Shown in pieces: positions 19,012 through 28,596 of a stretch of 64,000 nt of DNA. A program made the position numbers and the translations under genes. Location of the stretch: NCBI GenBank assembly GCA_963707985.1, contig CAVPRW010000041.1, positions 48,657-112,656 on the forward strand, in the 5' to 3' direction. The notes under the pieces are model-generated. The model saw only the letters and a program-made list of their open reading frames with translations, searched no databases and was not told where the DNA came from. How positions within the stretch are numbered: position 1 is the first letter of the stretch; every line of letters starts with the position of its first letter. The DNA is from an uncultured Nitrospinota bacterium (GTDB lineage: Bacteria; Tectomicrobia; Entotheonellia; J063; CAVPRW01).

Positions 19012-20265
19012 ATGTATCCCGCTATGTACCGCATTCGACAAACGTTCGGAGGGCCAGCCGTGGCCGATATCGCGGCGACGGTGCAGGCCGAGCTGGCGCG
19101 GGTCAGCGTGGCATCAGTGATCAAGCCTGGGCAGACAGTGGCGCTGACGGCTGGCAGCCGCGGTGTGGCAAACATCGCGACGATTATCAAGGCGACGGCG
19201 GACTATTTGAAGACGATCGGCGCTAAGCCTTTTGTCATACCTGCCATGGGTAGCCACGGTGGTGGCACCGCCGAGGGGCAGCTCGATGTGTTGCGCCACT
19301 ATGGCATCACTGAGGACAGCATGGGAGTGCCGCTCCGGGCGAGCATGGAGGTGGTACAGATCGGCGAGACGGCCGATGGTCTCCCGGTCTGGCTCGACAA
19401 ATATGCCTCCGAGGCCGATCACATTGGCGTGATCAACCGCGTGAAGCCGCACACCGACTTCAGTGGAGCCATCGAGAGTGGCCTCTTCAAGATGATGACG
19501 ATCGGTCTCGGCAAATACCATGGTGCCCAGCATTACCATCGGGCTAACGTTCAATATGGCTATGAGCACGTTATCCGCACGGTGGGCCGTACGGTGTTGA
19601 AACAGGCGCGGATCGCCTTTGGGATCGGGGTCATCGAAAACGGCTATGATCAGACGGCAGTCATTCGTGCTGTACGGTCGACTCAGTTCGAAGCCACAGA
19701 GCTGGAGCTGCAAGCCCTGTCGAAACAGTTGGCCGCACGTTTGCCGTTTGACTTCATGCATTTGCTCATCGTCGAGGAGATGGGGAAGAATATCAGCGGC
19801 ACAGGTATGGATACCAAAGTGATCGGCCGCATCATGAACATTATCGAACCACCCCCCCAGCATCCGCGCATCCTGCGCATCTATGTGCGCGACCTCCACG
19901 ACGACTCGTATGGCAATGCCATGGGCGTGGGCCTGGCAGACTTCGTGTCGAGACGTTTGGCGAACAAAATCGATCCGAGCGCCACTTATATCAATGGTCT
20001 CACGGGTCTGTCGCCGGAGAGTGCCCGTATTCCGGTCACCTTGGACACCGACCGTGAGGCGGTGGAGGCAGCGCTGGGAACTATCGGGTTGGTGAAGCCC
20101 GAAGCGGCTCGTATCGTGCGTATTCAGAATACATTGCTCCTGGAAGAGCTAGATGTGTCAGAGGCGCTCTTACCAGAAGTGAGGCAACGCGGGACACTGG
20201 AGATTTTGTGGGGGCCAAAGCCGTTGATGTTCGACAGCACCGGCGGGCTACCGACGTTTAGGTAA
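19012..20265 (+). CDS. Lactate racemase (LarA) N-terminal domain/DUF362-like protein
   Basis: GSRGVANI, PAMGSHGGGTAEGQ, NRVKPHTDF, GKNISGTGMD, GNAMGVGLAD. Confidence 0.8.
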   Translation: MYPAMYRIRQTFGGPAVADIAATVQAELARVSVASVIKPGQTVALTAGSRGVANIATIIKATADYLKTIGAKPFVIPAMGSHGGGTAEGQLDVLRHYGITEDSMGVPLRASMEVVQIGETADGLPVWLDKYASEADHIGVINRVKPHTDFSGAIESGLFKMMTIGLGKYHGAQHYHRANVQYGYEHVIRTVGRTVLKQARIAFGIGVIENGYDQTAVIRAVRSTQFEATELELQALSKQLAARLPFDFMHLLIVEEMGKNISGTGMDTKVIGRIMNIIEPPPQHPRILRIYVRDLHDDSYGNAMGVGLADFVSRRLANKIDPSATYINGLTGLSPESARIPVTLDTDREAVEAALGTIGLVKPEAARIVRIQNTLLLEELDVSEALLPEVRQRGTLEILWGPKPLMFDSTGGLPTFR

Positions 20266-20328
20266 AAGACTCCGCATCCGGCCCTATTTGAGTGCAAGAG
20301 GGTGGGGGTGAGTGGAGGGTGAACGCAG

Positions 20329-20877
20329 ATGTTTACTTGGAAACGATCCGTGGCGGTGACGTCATGGCCCGGCGGAGAATTCGACGAGACTCGTGATTCC
20401 CAGGTCGACGCTTTCACGGAGCGTGTCGTCCGTTTCTGCGGAGGCTTGGCCAAGGGAGTGCTTGCCGCGGTGCTCTATGGCTCCGGCTCTCTGGTGCTTT
20501 CAGGTGTGCTCTTCTACTTTTCGTGGAAACTGGGCATTGCGACCCTGTTGGTCCTAGGGGGTCTTCTCCCCCTGGTCGGTAGCGGGTATCTGCTGTGGCG
20601 CCTGATGCGAGCGGGGGAGCCACCTTGGCTCTGGCGTCGGCGCTGGCGGCAGGTAGCAATCCTCAAGCTGGCAAGGCGCCTGGAAGGGCGCCTAACAGTG
20701 GCGGATGTCGTCCTTGGCACAGGACTTTCGCTACGAGAGGCGGAAGCTACCTTAAACGAATTGGCGCGCCAAAGATACGTCGATCTGCAGGTCTTGCCTT
20801 CGGGCGTCCTGGTGTATCACTGTTTTCCTCTGGCCAATGCGCGTGGCAAGAGCGGGGCTGAGCGCGTAATGTCATGA
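20329..20877 (+). CDS. Hypothetical membrane protein with C-terminal winged-helix-like domain
   Basis: Two hydrophobic segments, then ILKLARRLEGRLTVADVVLGTGLSLREAEATLNEL...GVLVYHC; start codon uncertain. Confidence 0.7.
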   Translation: MFTWKRSVAVTSWPGGEFDETRDSQVDAFTERVVRFCGGLAKGVLAAVLYGSGSLVLSGVLFYFSWKLGIATLLVLGGLLPLVGSGYLLWRLMRAGEPPWLWRRRWRQVAILKLARRLEGRLTVADVVLGTGLSLREAEATLNELARQRYVDLQVLPSGVLVYHCFPLANARGKSGAERVMS

Positions 20878-20984
20878 GTGAGCCGAGAGGATCACGAGAT
20901 TGCCGCCACAAATGTACATTCTAGACGCGGATCAGCGATGTGTGTCCGGAGTTACGCTGTGAGGTATAGGCGGAGAAGGTAGAT

Positions 20985-21755
20985 ATGGACCTTGGACTAA
21001 CAGGCAAAGTGGCACTCGTGACTGGTGGCAGTCGCGGTATCGGCTTGGCTATTGCCACAGCGTTTGCCCAGGAAGGGACACACGTCAGCATATGTGGCCG
21101 GACGCCCGCTGACCTCTCCGAGGCAGGCGATGCCATCAGGGCTAAGGGCGTGGAGAGCTTGGCTGTCGAGGCCGATCTCAGCCTCTCCGGCGATGCGGAG
21201 AAGGTGTTGCGGGCGACGCTCGATAGATTTGGGCAGCTTGATATCCTGGTGAACAATGTCGGCGGTGCACGAGGGGACCCAAGCTGGGCTGCCAGCGATG
21301 CTGATTGGGATGATGTGCTGCAGCTCAATTTTTTGTCGGCTGTACGCTTGACCCGGTTGGTCATTCCCCAAATGGAGCGCCAGGGAGGTGGACGAATCAT
21401 CCACATTGCCTCGATCTATGGACGCGAATGGGGGGGCCCCACAACCTATAACGCCTCCAAAGCTGCCATGATCAGTTTCTCCAAAACGCTCGCCCGCCAA
21501 CTGGCCAAGGACCAAATATTAGTGAATACCGTGGCGCCCGGATCGATCATGTTTCCTGGGGGAGTCTGGGAGCGCCGCCAGCAGCAAAACCCAGAGGAGA
21601 TCGCACGATTTCTCGATACAGATTTCCCCTTCGGACGCTTTGGGTGTCCTGAAGAAGTGGCGCCAATTGTGGTGTTTTTGGCTTCTGCGGCAGCGTCGCT
21701 GATCACGGGGGCCTGTATTAACGTTGACGGCGGTCAATCGCGGTCGCTGTTCTAA
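20985..21755 (+). CDS. SDR family oxidoreductase
   Basis: TGGSRGIG, NNVGG, YNASK catalytic motif. Confidence 0.95.
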   Translation: MDLGLTGKVALVTGGSRGIGLAIATAFAQEGTHVSICGRTPADLSEAGDAIRAKGVESLAVEADLSLSGDAEKVLRATLDRFGQLDILVNNVGGARGDPSWAASDADWDDVLQLNFLSAVRLTRLVIPQMERQGGGRIIHIASIYGREWGGPTTYNASKAAMISFSKTLARQLAKDQILVNTVAPGSIMFPGGVWERRQQQNPEEIARFLDTDFPFGRFGCPEEVAPIVVFLASAAASLITGACINVDGGQSRSLF

Positions 21756-21820
21756 TTATCGACGTGAGCCGGCCACCAGTAGCGGCCCAGGCGGCTGGGA
21801 CGGGTGGCATGGAGGAAACC

Positions 21821-23611
21821 ATGGGAAGCTTTCGCTACTGGCAGTGGGATGGTTCGCAAGATCCCTTTCATATCGGTGTGGACGATGCCATGGATGCGCT
21901 GGCCGACGCGCTCTTACGCTCTGGTGATCTGGACTGGGCGTGGCAACAGCTCCTTCGCCGTGGTTTCACGTCGGAAGATGGCTACCGTTCCCTGCGCGGA
22001 CTGGATGACATGCTGCGTGAGGTTGAACGTAAGAAAAAAGAGCTACTGAATAAGTACTCCCCGGATTCCTTCAAGCTTGATCAAGAACAGCTTCAACGCC
22101 TCATGGAGCAAGCCCAGGCCTATATGGAACGCCTGCAGCAGTTTATGGAGCAGGTCATGCAGCGTTTCCCGCAGCACTCCGAACAAATGGGCGAGCGCAT
22201 GGAGGAGCTCTATCAAAAATATCAGCAACTCAAAGAACGTCTTCGTGACCGTCTGAGCAAGCGCGGCAAAGGCGAACGCTCACGCTCCCAACGTTCCGAA
22301 AGCGAGGCGTTCCAGCAGCTCAGCCAGATGCTCGAGCAGATGAACCGCCTCCTCTCCGATCCAAACTTCCTGGAAAATTTTCTGAAAAATCTAGAAGCTT
22401 CTGCCGCTGACCTCAATAGCCTCATGCAGAATCTCGACCAGCTCACCGATGAGCAGCTTGATCAGCTCATGAGTATGCTCGAACAGATGGAGCAATTGGA
22501 AGAACTGCTCAACAAATTTGCCTTCCGGGGCCCAGAAATGATGGGCATGCAGCAAGGCCAGCAGATTCTCCGCCAGATGCAGCAAATGGAAGATCTGCTT
22601 AAATTCGCGCGCTGGGGCTACGGAGACCCTGCCGACATGGACCTGGAAGCCCTCCGTGAGATTCTGGGCCAGGAAGCCTATGAAGACATGTCCGAGCTGC
22701 AACGCCTGCGCCAGATGTTGGAGGAGGCAGGGTTACTGCGGAACACAGGGAACGGGATGCAGCTCACCCCCGCTGGACAACGGAAGATCGGCGCTAAGGC
22801 GCTGCGCGACATCTTTAAAGAGATGAAGAAAAGCCTGTTTGGTAATCACCAGGCCATCTTGCGTGGGGCCTCGGGTGACCGTTTGGACGAGACGAAAACG
22901 TACGAGTTCGGTGACCCCTTCCAGCTAGATATCGGACAAACTCTGAAAAACGCCGTTATCCGCCAGTACAAGGGAGTGCCGGTGGAGGTCGATCCCGTCG
23001 ACTTCGAGGTCTACCGCACGGAACTCCTGACCCGCTCATCCACGGTCATCATGGTGGATCTGTCCCACAGTATGGAGCTCTATGACTACAACCGTTTCAC
23101 GGCTGCCAAGAAAGTTGCCCTGGCGCTGGAAAGCCTGATTCGCACCCAGTTCCCGCGCGATAAGCTCTACATCGTGGGTTTCGGGGACTATGCCCGTGAG
23201 ATCAAGCTTGGTGATTTGCCCTACCTCACGGTTGGCCCTGAGCATACGAATACTCAGGAGGGGCTCGAGCTTTCTCGGAAATTACTGTCGCGTGAAAGCG
23301 GCACCAACAAGCAAATTATCATGGTCACGGACGGCCGCCCAACAGCGGCACGCATCAATGGCCGCCTGTTCATTCATACATGGGGTTTGCACCCTGCCAT
23401 CTTGGAACAAACTTATCTAGCGGCGGAGCGCTGCCGCCGCAGCCAAATCACCATCAATACCTTCATGCTGGCTGATGATTACTCGCTGATCCACTTCGTC
23501 AAGGAGATGACCCGCATTTGCCGGGGACGGGCGTTTTACACAACTCCGAGCCGCTTGGGCGAATATATCTTGGTGGATTACATCAACCGGAAACGCAAGC
23601 GGATTGCGTAG
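21821..23611 (+). CDS. VWA domain protein with long N-terminal coiled-coil region
   Basis: FRYWQWDGSQ N-terminus, MIDAS DLSHS, TNTQEGL, VTDGRPTA; GGAGG RBS before ATG at 21821. Confidence 0.88.
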   Translation: MGSFRYWQWDGSQDPFHIGVDDAMDALADALLRSGDLDWAWQQLLRRGFTSEDGYRSLRGLDDMLREVERKKKELLNKYSPDSFKLDQEQLQRLMEQAQAYMERLQQFMEQVMQRFPQHSEQMGERMEELYQKYQQLKERLRDRLSKRGKGERSRSQRSESEAFQQLSQMLEQMNRLLSDPNFLENFLKNLEASAADLNSLMQNLDQLTDEQLDQLMSMLEQMEQLEELLNKFAFRGPEMMGMQQGQQILRQMQQMEDLLKFARWGYGDPADMDLEALREILGQEAYEDMSELQRLRQMLEEAGLLRNTGNGMQLTPAGQRKIGAKALRDIFKEMKKSLFGNHQAILRGASGDRLDETKTYEFGDPFQLDIGQTLKNAVIRQYKGVPVEVDPVDFEVYRTELLTRSSTVIMVDLSHSMELYDYNRFTAAKKVALALESLIRTQFPRDKLYIVGFGDYAREIKLGDLPYLTVGPEHTNTQEGLELSRKLLSRESGTNKQIIMVTDGRPTAARINGRLFIHTWGLHPAILEQTYLAAERCRRSQITINTFMLADDYSLIHFVKEMTRICRGRAFYTTPSRLGEYILVDYINRKRKRIA

Positions 23612-23942
23612 GGATGCGATATCAGGGCCATGAATTAAGTTAATGCGTCTCAACCGTGCCCTACCGGCTGGGCGGGGGTGGTCTCTCCTCTACCGTTGAT
23701 CAGCCTGGTCCCTAGAGGGAGTAGATCTCTAGTGTGAATTGCAGGGGCTATCGCTCGGCAAGTGATCCCCCCTTGCGACCGCCTTGCCAAATCGCCGTAC
23801 CAGCACGGCCTTGGCGCATGTTGTTCCTTCCGGTTCACCTGCTTCAGCGTCTGCGCTTGCACGTTATCTGCGGGAGCTGGTCTTGCGTCGTGGTGCTGGC
23901 ACCTCAGTCAGTCTCTCGGCAACCGAGCCGTAGAGGTTTCCC

Positions 23943-23971
23943 TTTACATGCCTGCGGGTTTTTGGTAAGGT
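23943..23971 (+). promoter_or_regulatory. Putative sigma70 promoter upstream of the TPR-rodZ-aroE-pilB genes
   Basis: TTTACA-17 nt-TAAGGT with an extended TG. Confidence 0.5.
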
Positions 23972-24201
23972 GAAGTTCCTTCCCTTGTTGAAGCTCTTGC
24001 CCTTGTTGGATAGGGGTTGAAGTGGTGCTCCCGCGTCAAACTTCCTGGTTTGTATCACCGTCCTGCCGTCACGTATTGGAGAGCTGAGCTGCTTCCCGTC
24101 CTCCGGGGTGGGCGCGGGAGAGGGGACCCTTGGGACGATGGCGGGATGAGGTCACAAGTCAGGCGGGTGCCGATGGCGCAGCCCACCTGCCGAGAGTAAA
24201 G

Positions 24202-24957
24202 ATGTGGTGGCAACGCCTCTGGGTCGTTTTGCTTTGTCTCCTCAGTCTTTATGGCTGCATGGGGGCACAGCGTCATGGAGCCCCAGCCCCCTCAGCGACA
24301 GAACATTACACCCGAGCGCTGCAGTACCTCTCCATAGGCGCTGCTGAGGCAGCGGTCAAAGAACTGAATGAGGCTCTGAAGCTAGACCCGACAAACGCCG
24401 AATTCCACCACCTTCTGGGGTTTGCTTACCACTATGAGGGGCGCTATCAGTTTGCTCTAACCCATTACGCCAAAGCCTTGGAAGTAGCCCCAGGCTATGC
24501 TGAGGCTCATGTCCATCTGGCGGGCCTGTATTTGGAGCTGGCTCGTTGGGACGATGCTGTCGCGCAAGGGCGCGAGGCCTTGAAGATCACTACTTATCAG
24601 CACCCAGAAATAGCCTACAATAGTCTTGGGCTGGCCTATATGGGGAAGGGGGACCTGATTTCCGCCCGGCGAGCCTTTCGGGATGCTCTAGCCTATCACG
24701 ACAACTTTCCCGAAGCCCATCGTAATCTGGGAGCGCTCTACTTTCAACAAGGACATGTTGACGACGCTATCAGAGAGTTCCGCGAGGCCATACGATTACG
24801 TCCGAGCTATGCTGAAGCCCTCCATGACCTGGGAGTCGCCTACCTCGAGCGTGGCAGTAAGGCAGAGGCCGCTGCCCAGTTTCAGAAGGTGATCCAGCTA
24901 GACCCAGAGAGCGAGCTCGCAGAGGTGGCAAAGTGGTACTTGGGGGCTTTGCCTTGA
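24202..24957 (+). CDS. TPR lipoprotein (type IV pilus PilF/PilW-like)
   Basis: Lipobox LSLYGC, about 6 TPR repeats, YQHPEIAYNSLG; upstream of rodZ as is typical for pilF/pilW. Confidence 0.8.
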   Translation: MWWQRLWVVLLCLLSLYGCMGAQRHGAPAPSATEHYTRALQYLSIGAAEAAVKELNEALKLDPTNAEFHHLLGFAYHYEGRYQFALTHYAKALEVAPGYAEAHVHLAGLYLELARWDDAVAQGREALKITTYQHPEIAYNSLGLAYMGKGDLISARRAFRDALAYHDNFPEAHRNLGALYFQQGHVDDAIREFREAIRLRPSYAEALHDLGVAYLERGSKAEAAAQFQKVIQLDPESELAEVAKWYLGALP

Positions 24958-25060
24958 TTTGACGACTGGCGTTACATCTCTGATCCGCGTCCGCGCGCTG
25001 GCATTGCCACACGAGAGGTTGACACGCAGCGTGATGAATGGCTCGAACGGCAATATGATC

Positions 25061-25753
25061 ATGGCGGATGGTCTTGGCGAATTCCTCCGGCGTGAACGCG
25101 AACTTCGTCATATCAGCCTGGACGATGTGGCGGAACGCACGAAAATTAGCCGTCGCTATCTGGAAGCCATTGAAGAAGAACGGTATGACCACTTACCCGG
25201 CGAGACGTTTGTACGGGGCTTTATCCGTTCCTATGCCCAGTCTGTCGGCCTCGATCCGGAAGATACATTGCTCATTTACAACCACTCCCGGATGGCTCAC
25301 GATGTGGTGGAACCGCGGACAGAACGCCTGTCCCCAGCCAGACGCGTGTGGAATGAACACGTGCTGCTGTGGCTCTTGGTGGCTGGGGTAGTCATCGTCG
25401 GTGGGGTGCTCATGAGCGCCGTTAGCCTCCTCAATAGGCCAAACCTCGGGCGCTTGGCGTTATCTCCCCGCTCAGACACGGCCAGCACGCAATCGACTGG
25501 GGCACCACTGATGCTGACCGTGAGTGCCATCTCTGACACCTGGCTTCGAGTGACGATTGACGACCAGGAGTCGCAGGACATGGTGCTGCGTGCCGGGCAA
25601 TCGACCAAATGGCTCGGGCGAGAACGCCTTATCCTTTCCATCGGGAATGCCCGCACGACGCATCTTAGGCTGAACGGACGCGATCTCATCATCCCGCAGC
25701 TAACCCACAGTATCCTCCGCCAGTACACCATCTCCCGTGAAATGCTCCCGTAG
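25061..25753 (+). CDS. rodZ: RodZ-family protein (HTH + TM + DUF4115)
   Basis: LGEFLRRERELRHISL..TKI..YLEAIEE, FVRGFIRSYA, one TM, C-terminal IGNA motif. Confidence 0.85.
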   Translation: MADGLGEFLRRERELRHISLDDVAERTKISRRYLEAIEEERYDHLPGETFVRGFIRSYAQSVGLDPEDTLLIYNHSRMAHDVVEPRTERLSPARRVWNEHVLLWLLVAGVVIVGGVLMSAVSLLNRPNLGRLALSPRSDTASTQSTGAPLMLTVSAISDTWLRVTIDDQESQDMVLRAGQSTKWLGRERLILSIGNARTTHLRLNGRDLIIPQLTHSILRQYTISREMLP

Positions 25754-25847
25754 CACCTTCACATCCCTAGGGACTTTTTCCTCTTGGTAAGGCGGCTGCT
25801 CGATACTTGCCAGACTGTTGACTGCCTCTTCTAAAGAAAGGGAACCA

Positions 25848-26741
25848 ATGCTATCGTTCCATGGACAGACATCGCTTTACGGAATCTTTGGCTATCCGAT
25901 CGGCCATTCCTTGTCTCCACTCATGCATAACACCGCTTTCGCCCACCATAGGATCGACGCAGTCTATCTACCATTTGCCGTACGTCCAGTCTATCTCCGG
26001 AGGGCGGTCAAATCGATCGCAGCCCTACAGATGGGTGGGGTGAATGTGACCATTCCGCATAAACAAGCAGTGCTGGCCTGCATGGACGAATTATCGCCAG
26101 AGGCACGCCTGATTGGGGCAGTCAACACGATTCACCTGCAGGATGGCCGTCTACACGGGCACAACACTGACGGCATCGGGTTTCTAGAAGCCCTCAATGA
26201 GGCGGGTAGCGCTGTGGCAGGTCAGTCTGTCATGCTGTTGGGGGCCGGCGGCGCGGCTCGAGCCATCGCTGTACAGCTGTGCTTATCGGGCATCCGTCGC
26301 TTGTTGCTGGCCAATCGCACCCAGACACGTGCCGAGGACCTTGCCGCCTTCCTTAAGCAAAATATCCCCCATGCCGATATCAGTGTTATCACCATGGGGG
26401 AATCGTCCCTGGCAGCCATGCTGCCGGATACGGATATCGTGGTCAATGCCACCTCCATCGGGATGCATCCCCAAGATCCCCTGCTCCTCCCATCCACTGC
26501 TCTAGGCTCGCGGCACCTGGTCTGCGATATCGTCTATCGTCCCCTGCAGACCCCGCTATTGCGAGCTGCCCAGCGGCAGGGGGCCCGGACGGTCGATGGG
26601 TTGGGCATGTTGCTCCACCAGGGGGCGAAAGCCTTCGAAATCTGGACTGCACGCGTGTTTCCACTTGCCATGATCCGAGCCCGGTTGCTAGAAGCTGTCG
26701 CTGAACAGTCGGCTACCCGTGCTCCGCCGCAGAAAGAGTAA
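25848..26741 (+). CDS. aroE: Shikimate dehydrogenase
   Basis: GYPIGHSLSPLMHN, NVTIPHK, GAVNT, NTDGIGF, GAGGAARA. Confidence 0.96.
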   Translation: MLSFHGQTSLYGIFGYPIGHSLSPLMHNTAFAHHRIDAVYLPFAVRPVYLRRAVKSIAALQMGGVNVTIPHKQAVLACMDELSPEARLIGAVNTIHLQDGRLHGHNTDGIGFLEALNEAGSAVAGQSVMLLGAGGAARAIAVQLCLSGIRRLLLANRTQTRAEDLAAFLKQNIPHADISVITMGESSLAAMLPDTDIVVNATSIGMHPQDPLLLPSTALGSRHLVCDIVYRPLQTPLLRAAQRQGARTVDGLGMLLHQGAKAFEIWTARVFPLAMIRARLLEAVAEQSATRAPPQKE

Positions 26742-26749
26742 ATGAGGCG

Positions 26750-28447
26750 ATGGCCGCTAGACTTGGTGAACTTCTTCTCCACGCCAACCTGATCACCGAA
26801 GCACAACTCGATCAAGCCATTGCCCAGCAGAGAGTTGAGGGAGGCCGCTTAGGTACTATTCTGACGAAACTCGGCTGGGTCAACGAGGACGATGTTAGTC
26901 GGTGCTTGGGCGAGCAGTACGGCATCCCCTATATCAACCTAGATAGCCAAACGATACCCCCAGAGGTCATACGCTTGATTCCTTCGGGCATCGTCCAGAG
27001 GCATCTTGTGATTCCCCTCCGCAAGGTGGAGACCACGCTGACCATGGCTATGGCCGACCCCACCAATGTCTTCGCCGTAGACGACATTAAGTTCATGACC
27101 GGCTTGAAGGTCGAGGCAATGGTGGCAACCGAGAGCGCGGTCCGACGGGCGATCGATCGCTTCTACGATTCCTCCGAGACGCTCCAGAACATGATGGCCA
27201 GCATCGAAGATGCGGGCATGGAGGTCATGGAAGAACAGCGAGATACCAATCCGAACCTCAGCGACCTCAAACAGGCGGTCGAAGAGGCACCCGTCGTCAA
27301 GCTCGTCAATCTCATTCTCGCCGAAGCCGCTAAAAAGGGGGCCAGCGACATCCATGCCGAACCCTATGAAAAGACGTTTCGGGTGCGCTTCCGCATCGAC
27401 GGTGTGTTATATGAAGTCATGACTCCACCGATGAGCCTCAGAAACGCAATTATTTCTAGGTTGAAGATCATGGCGGATCTCGACATTTCCGAACGACGTC
27501 TCCCCCAGGATGGACGCATGAAGATCAAATACAAAGGACGCGAGGTCGATTTCCGGGTCTCTACCTTGCCGACCCTGTTTGGCGAAAAGGTTGTGATGCG
27601 TTTGCTCGACAAATCAAACCTGAAATTGGACATGTCCAAGCTGGGCTTCGGCCCGAAGGCTTTGGCCGACTTTGAAGCCGCTATTCGCGCTCCCTACGGC
27701 ATGATTCTCGTCACTGGTCCCACTGGGAGCGGTAAGACAACTACCCTGTACTCGGCGCTCGATCGTCTAAATCAGCCAGAAACGAACATTATGACCGCTG
27801 AGGATCCTGTGGAGTTCAACATCAAAGGAATTAACCAGGTGCAGATCCGTGAGAACATCGGACTGACTTTTGCCGCTGCCCTGCGCTCATTCCTCCGGCA
27901 AGATCCCGATGTCATCATGGTAGGGGAAATTCGTGACTTTGAAACGGCAGAAATTGCCGTCAAGGCCGCATTGACCGGCCACCTAGTGCTGAGCACGTTG
28001 CATACCAATGACGCGCCAAGTGCCGTCACTCGCCTGCTGAATATGGGCATCGAGCCGTTCTTGGTCGCTTCATCGGTGATTTTGATTTTGGCACAGCGCT
28101 TGCTCCGACGAATATGCGTGCATTGTAAGGCACATCTGGTTGTGCCTTACGAAGCGCTCGTCGACGTTGGTCTCACCCCTGAAGAGGCTGCTTCGTTGAC
28201 CTGTTACAAAGGCACTGGCTGCGAAGTATGCGGTGGCACCGGCTATAAAGGACGAATCGCCATCTATGAGGTAATGACCCTGAGCCCGGACCTACGCGAC
28301 ATGGTGCTGCGTGCTGGCAGTGCGCTGGAGATCAAACAGGGGGCTATCCAAGATGGCATGCGCACACTGCGTATGAGTGGTCTTGATAAACTAAAAGAGG
28401 GTATTACAACGATCGAAGAGGTGGTGCGCGTCACCTTGAACGATTAA
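26750..28447 (+). CDS. pilB: Type IV-A pilus assembly ATPase
   Basis: MshEN-like RLGELLL N-terminus, GPTGSGKT Walker A, LRQDPD, tetracysteine zinc motif. Confidence 0.95.
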   Translation: MAARLGELLLHANLITEAQLDQAIAQQRVEGGRLGTILTKLGWVNEDDVSRCLGEQYGIPYINLDSQTIPPEVIRLIPSGIVQRHLVIPLRKVETTLTMAMADPTNVFAVDDIKFMTGLKVEAMVATESAVRRAIDRFYDSSETLQNMMASIEDAGMEVMEEQRDTNPNLSDLKQAVEEAPVVKLVNLILAEAAKKGASDIHAEPYEKTFRVRFRIDGVLYEVMTPPMSLRNAIISRLKIMADLDISERRLPQDGRMKIKYKGREVDFRVSTLPTLFGEKVVMRLLDKSNLKLDMSKLGFGPKALADFEAAIRAPYGMILVTGPTGSGKTTTLYSALDRLNQPETNIMTAEDPVEFNIKGINQVQIRENIGLTFAAALRSFLRQDPDVIMVGEIRDFETAEIAVKAALTGHLVLSTLHTNDAPSAVTRLLNMGIEPFLVASSVILILAQRLLRRICVHCKAHLVVPYEALVDVGLTPEEAASLTCYKGTGCEVCGGTGYKGRIAIYEVMTLSPDLRDMVLRAGSALEIKQGAIQDGMRTLRMSGLDKLKEGITTIEEVVRVTLND

Positions 28448-28596
28448 ACGGACGTCTCAGGATGCACACCCTGGCTTTACCTCCCTCCCTCATTAATTTC
28501 TAAAAAAAATCTTTTATATATATCATATAATATCTATAATGGTATATTACGATCTTCATGATATGTTGCAGGGTTCCTGTCCAGAAGGATAGAACT

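Noticed and set aside
24075..24120. SRP RNA on the minus strand (GGAAGCAGC word)
   Set aside because: It lacks the CAGG...GNRA helix-8 symmetric loop arrangement.
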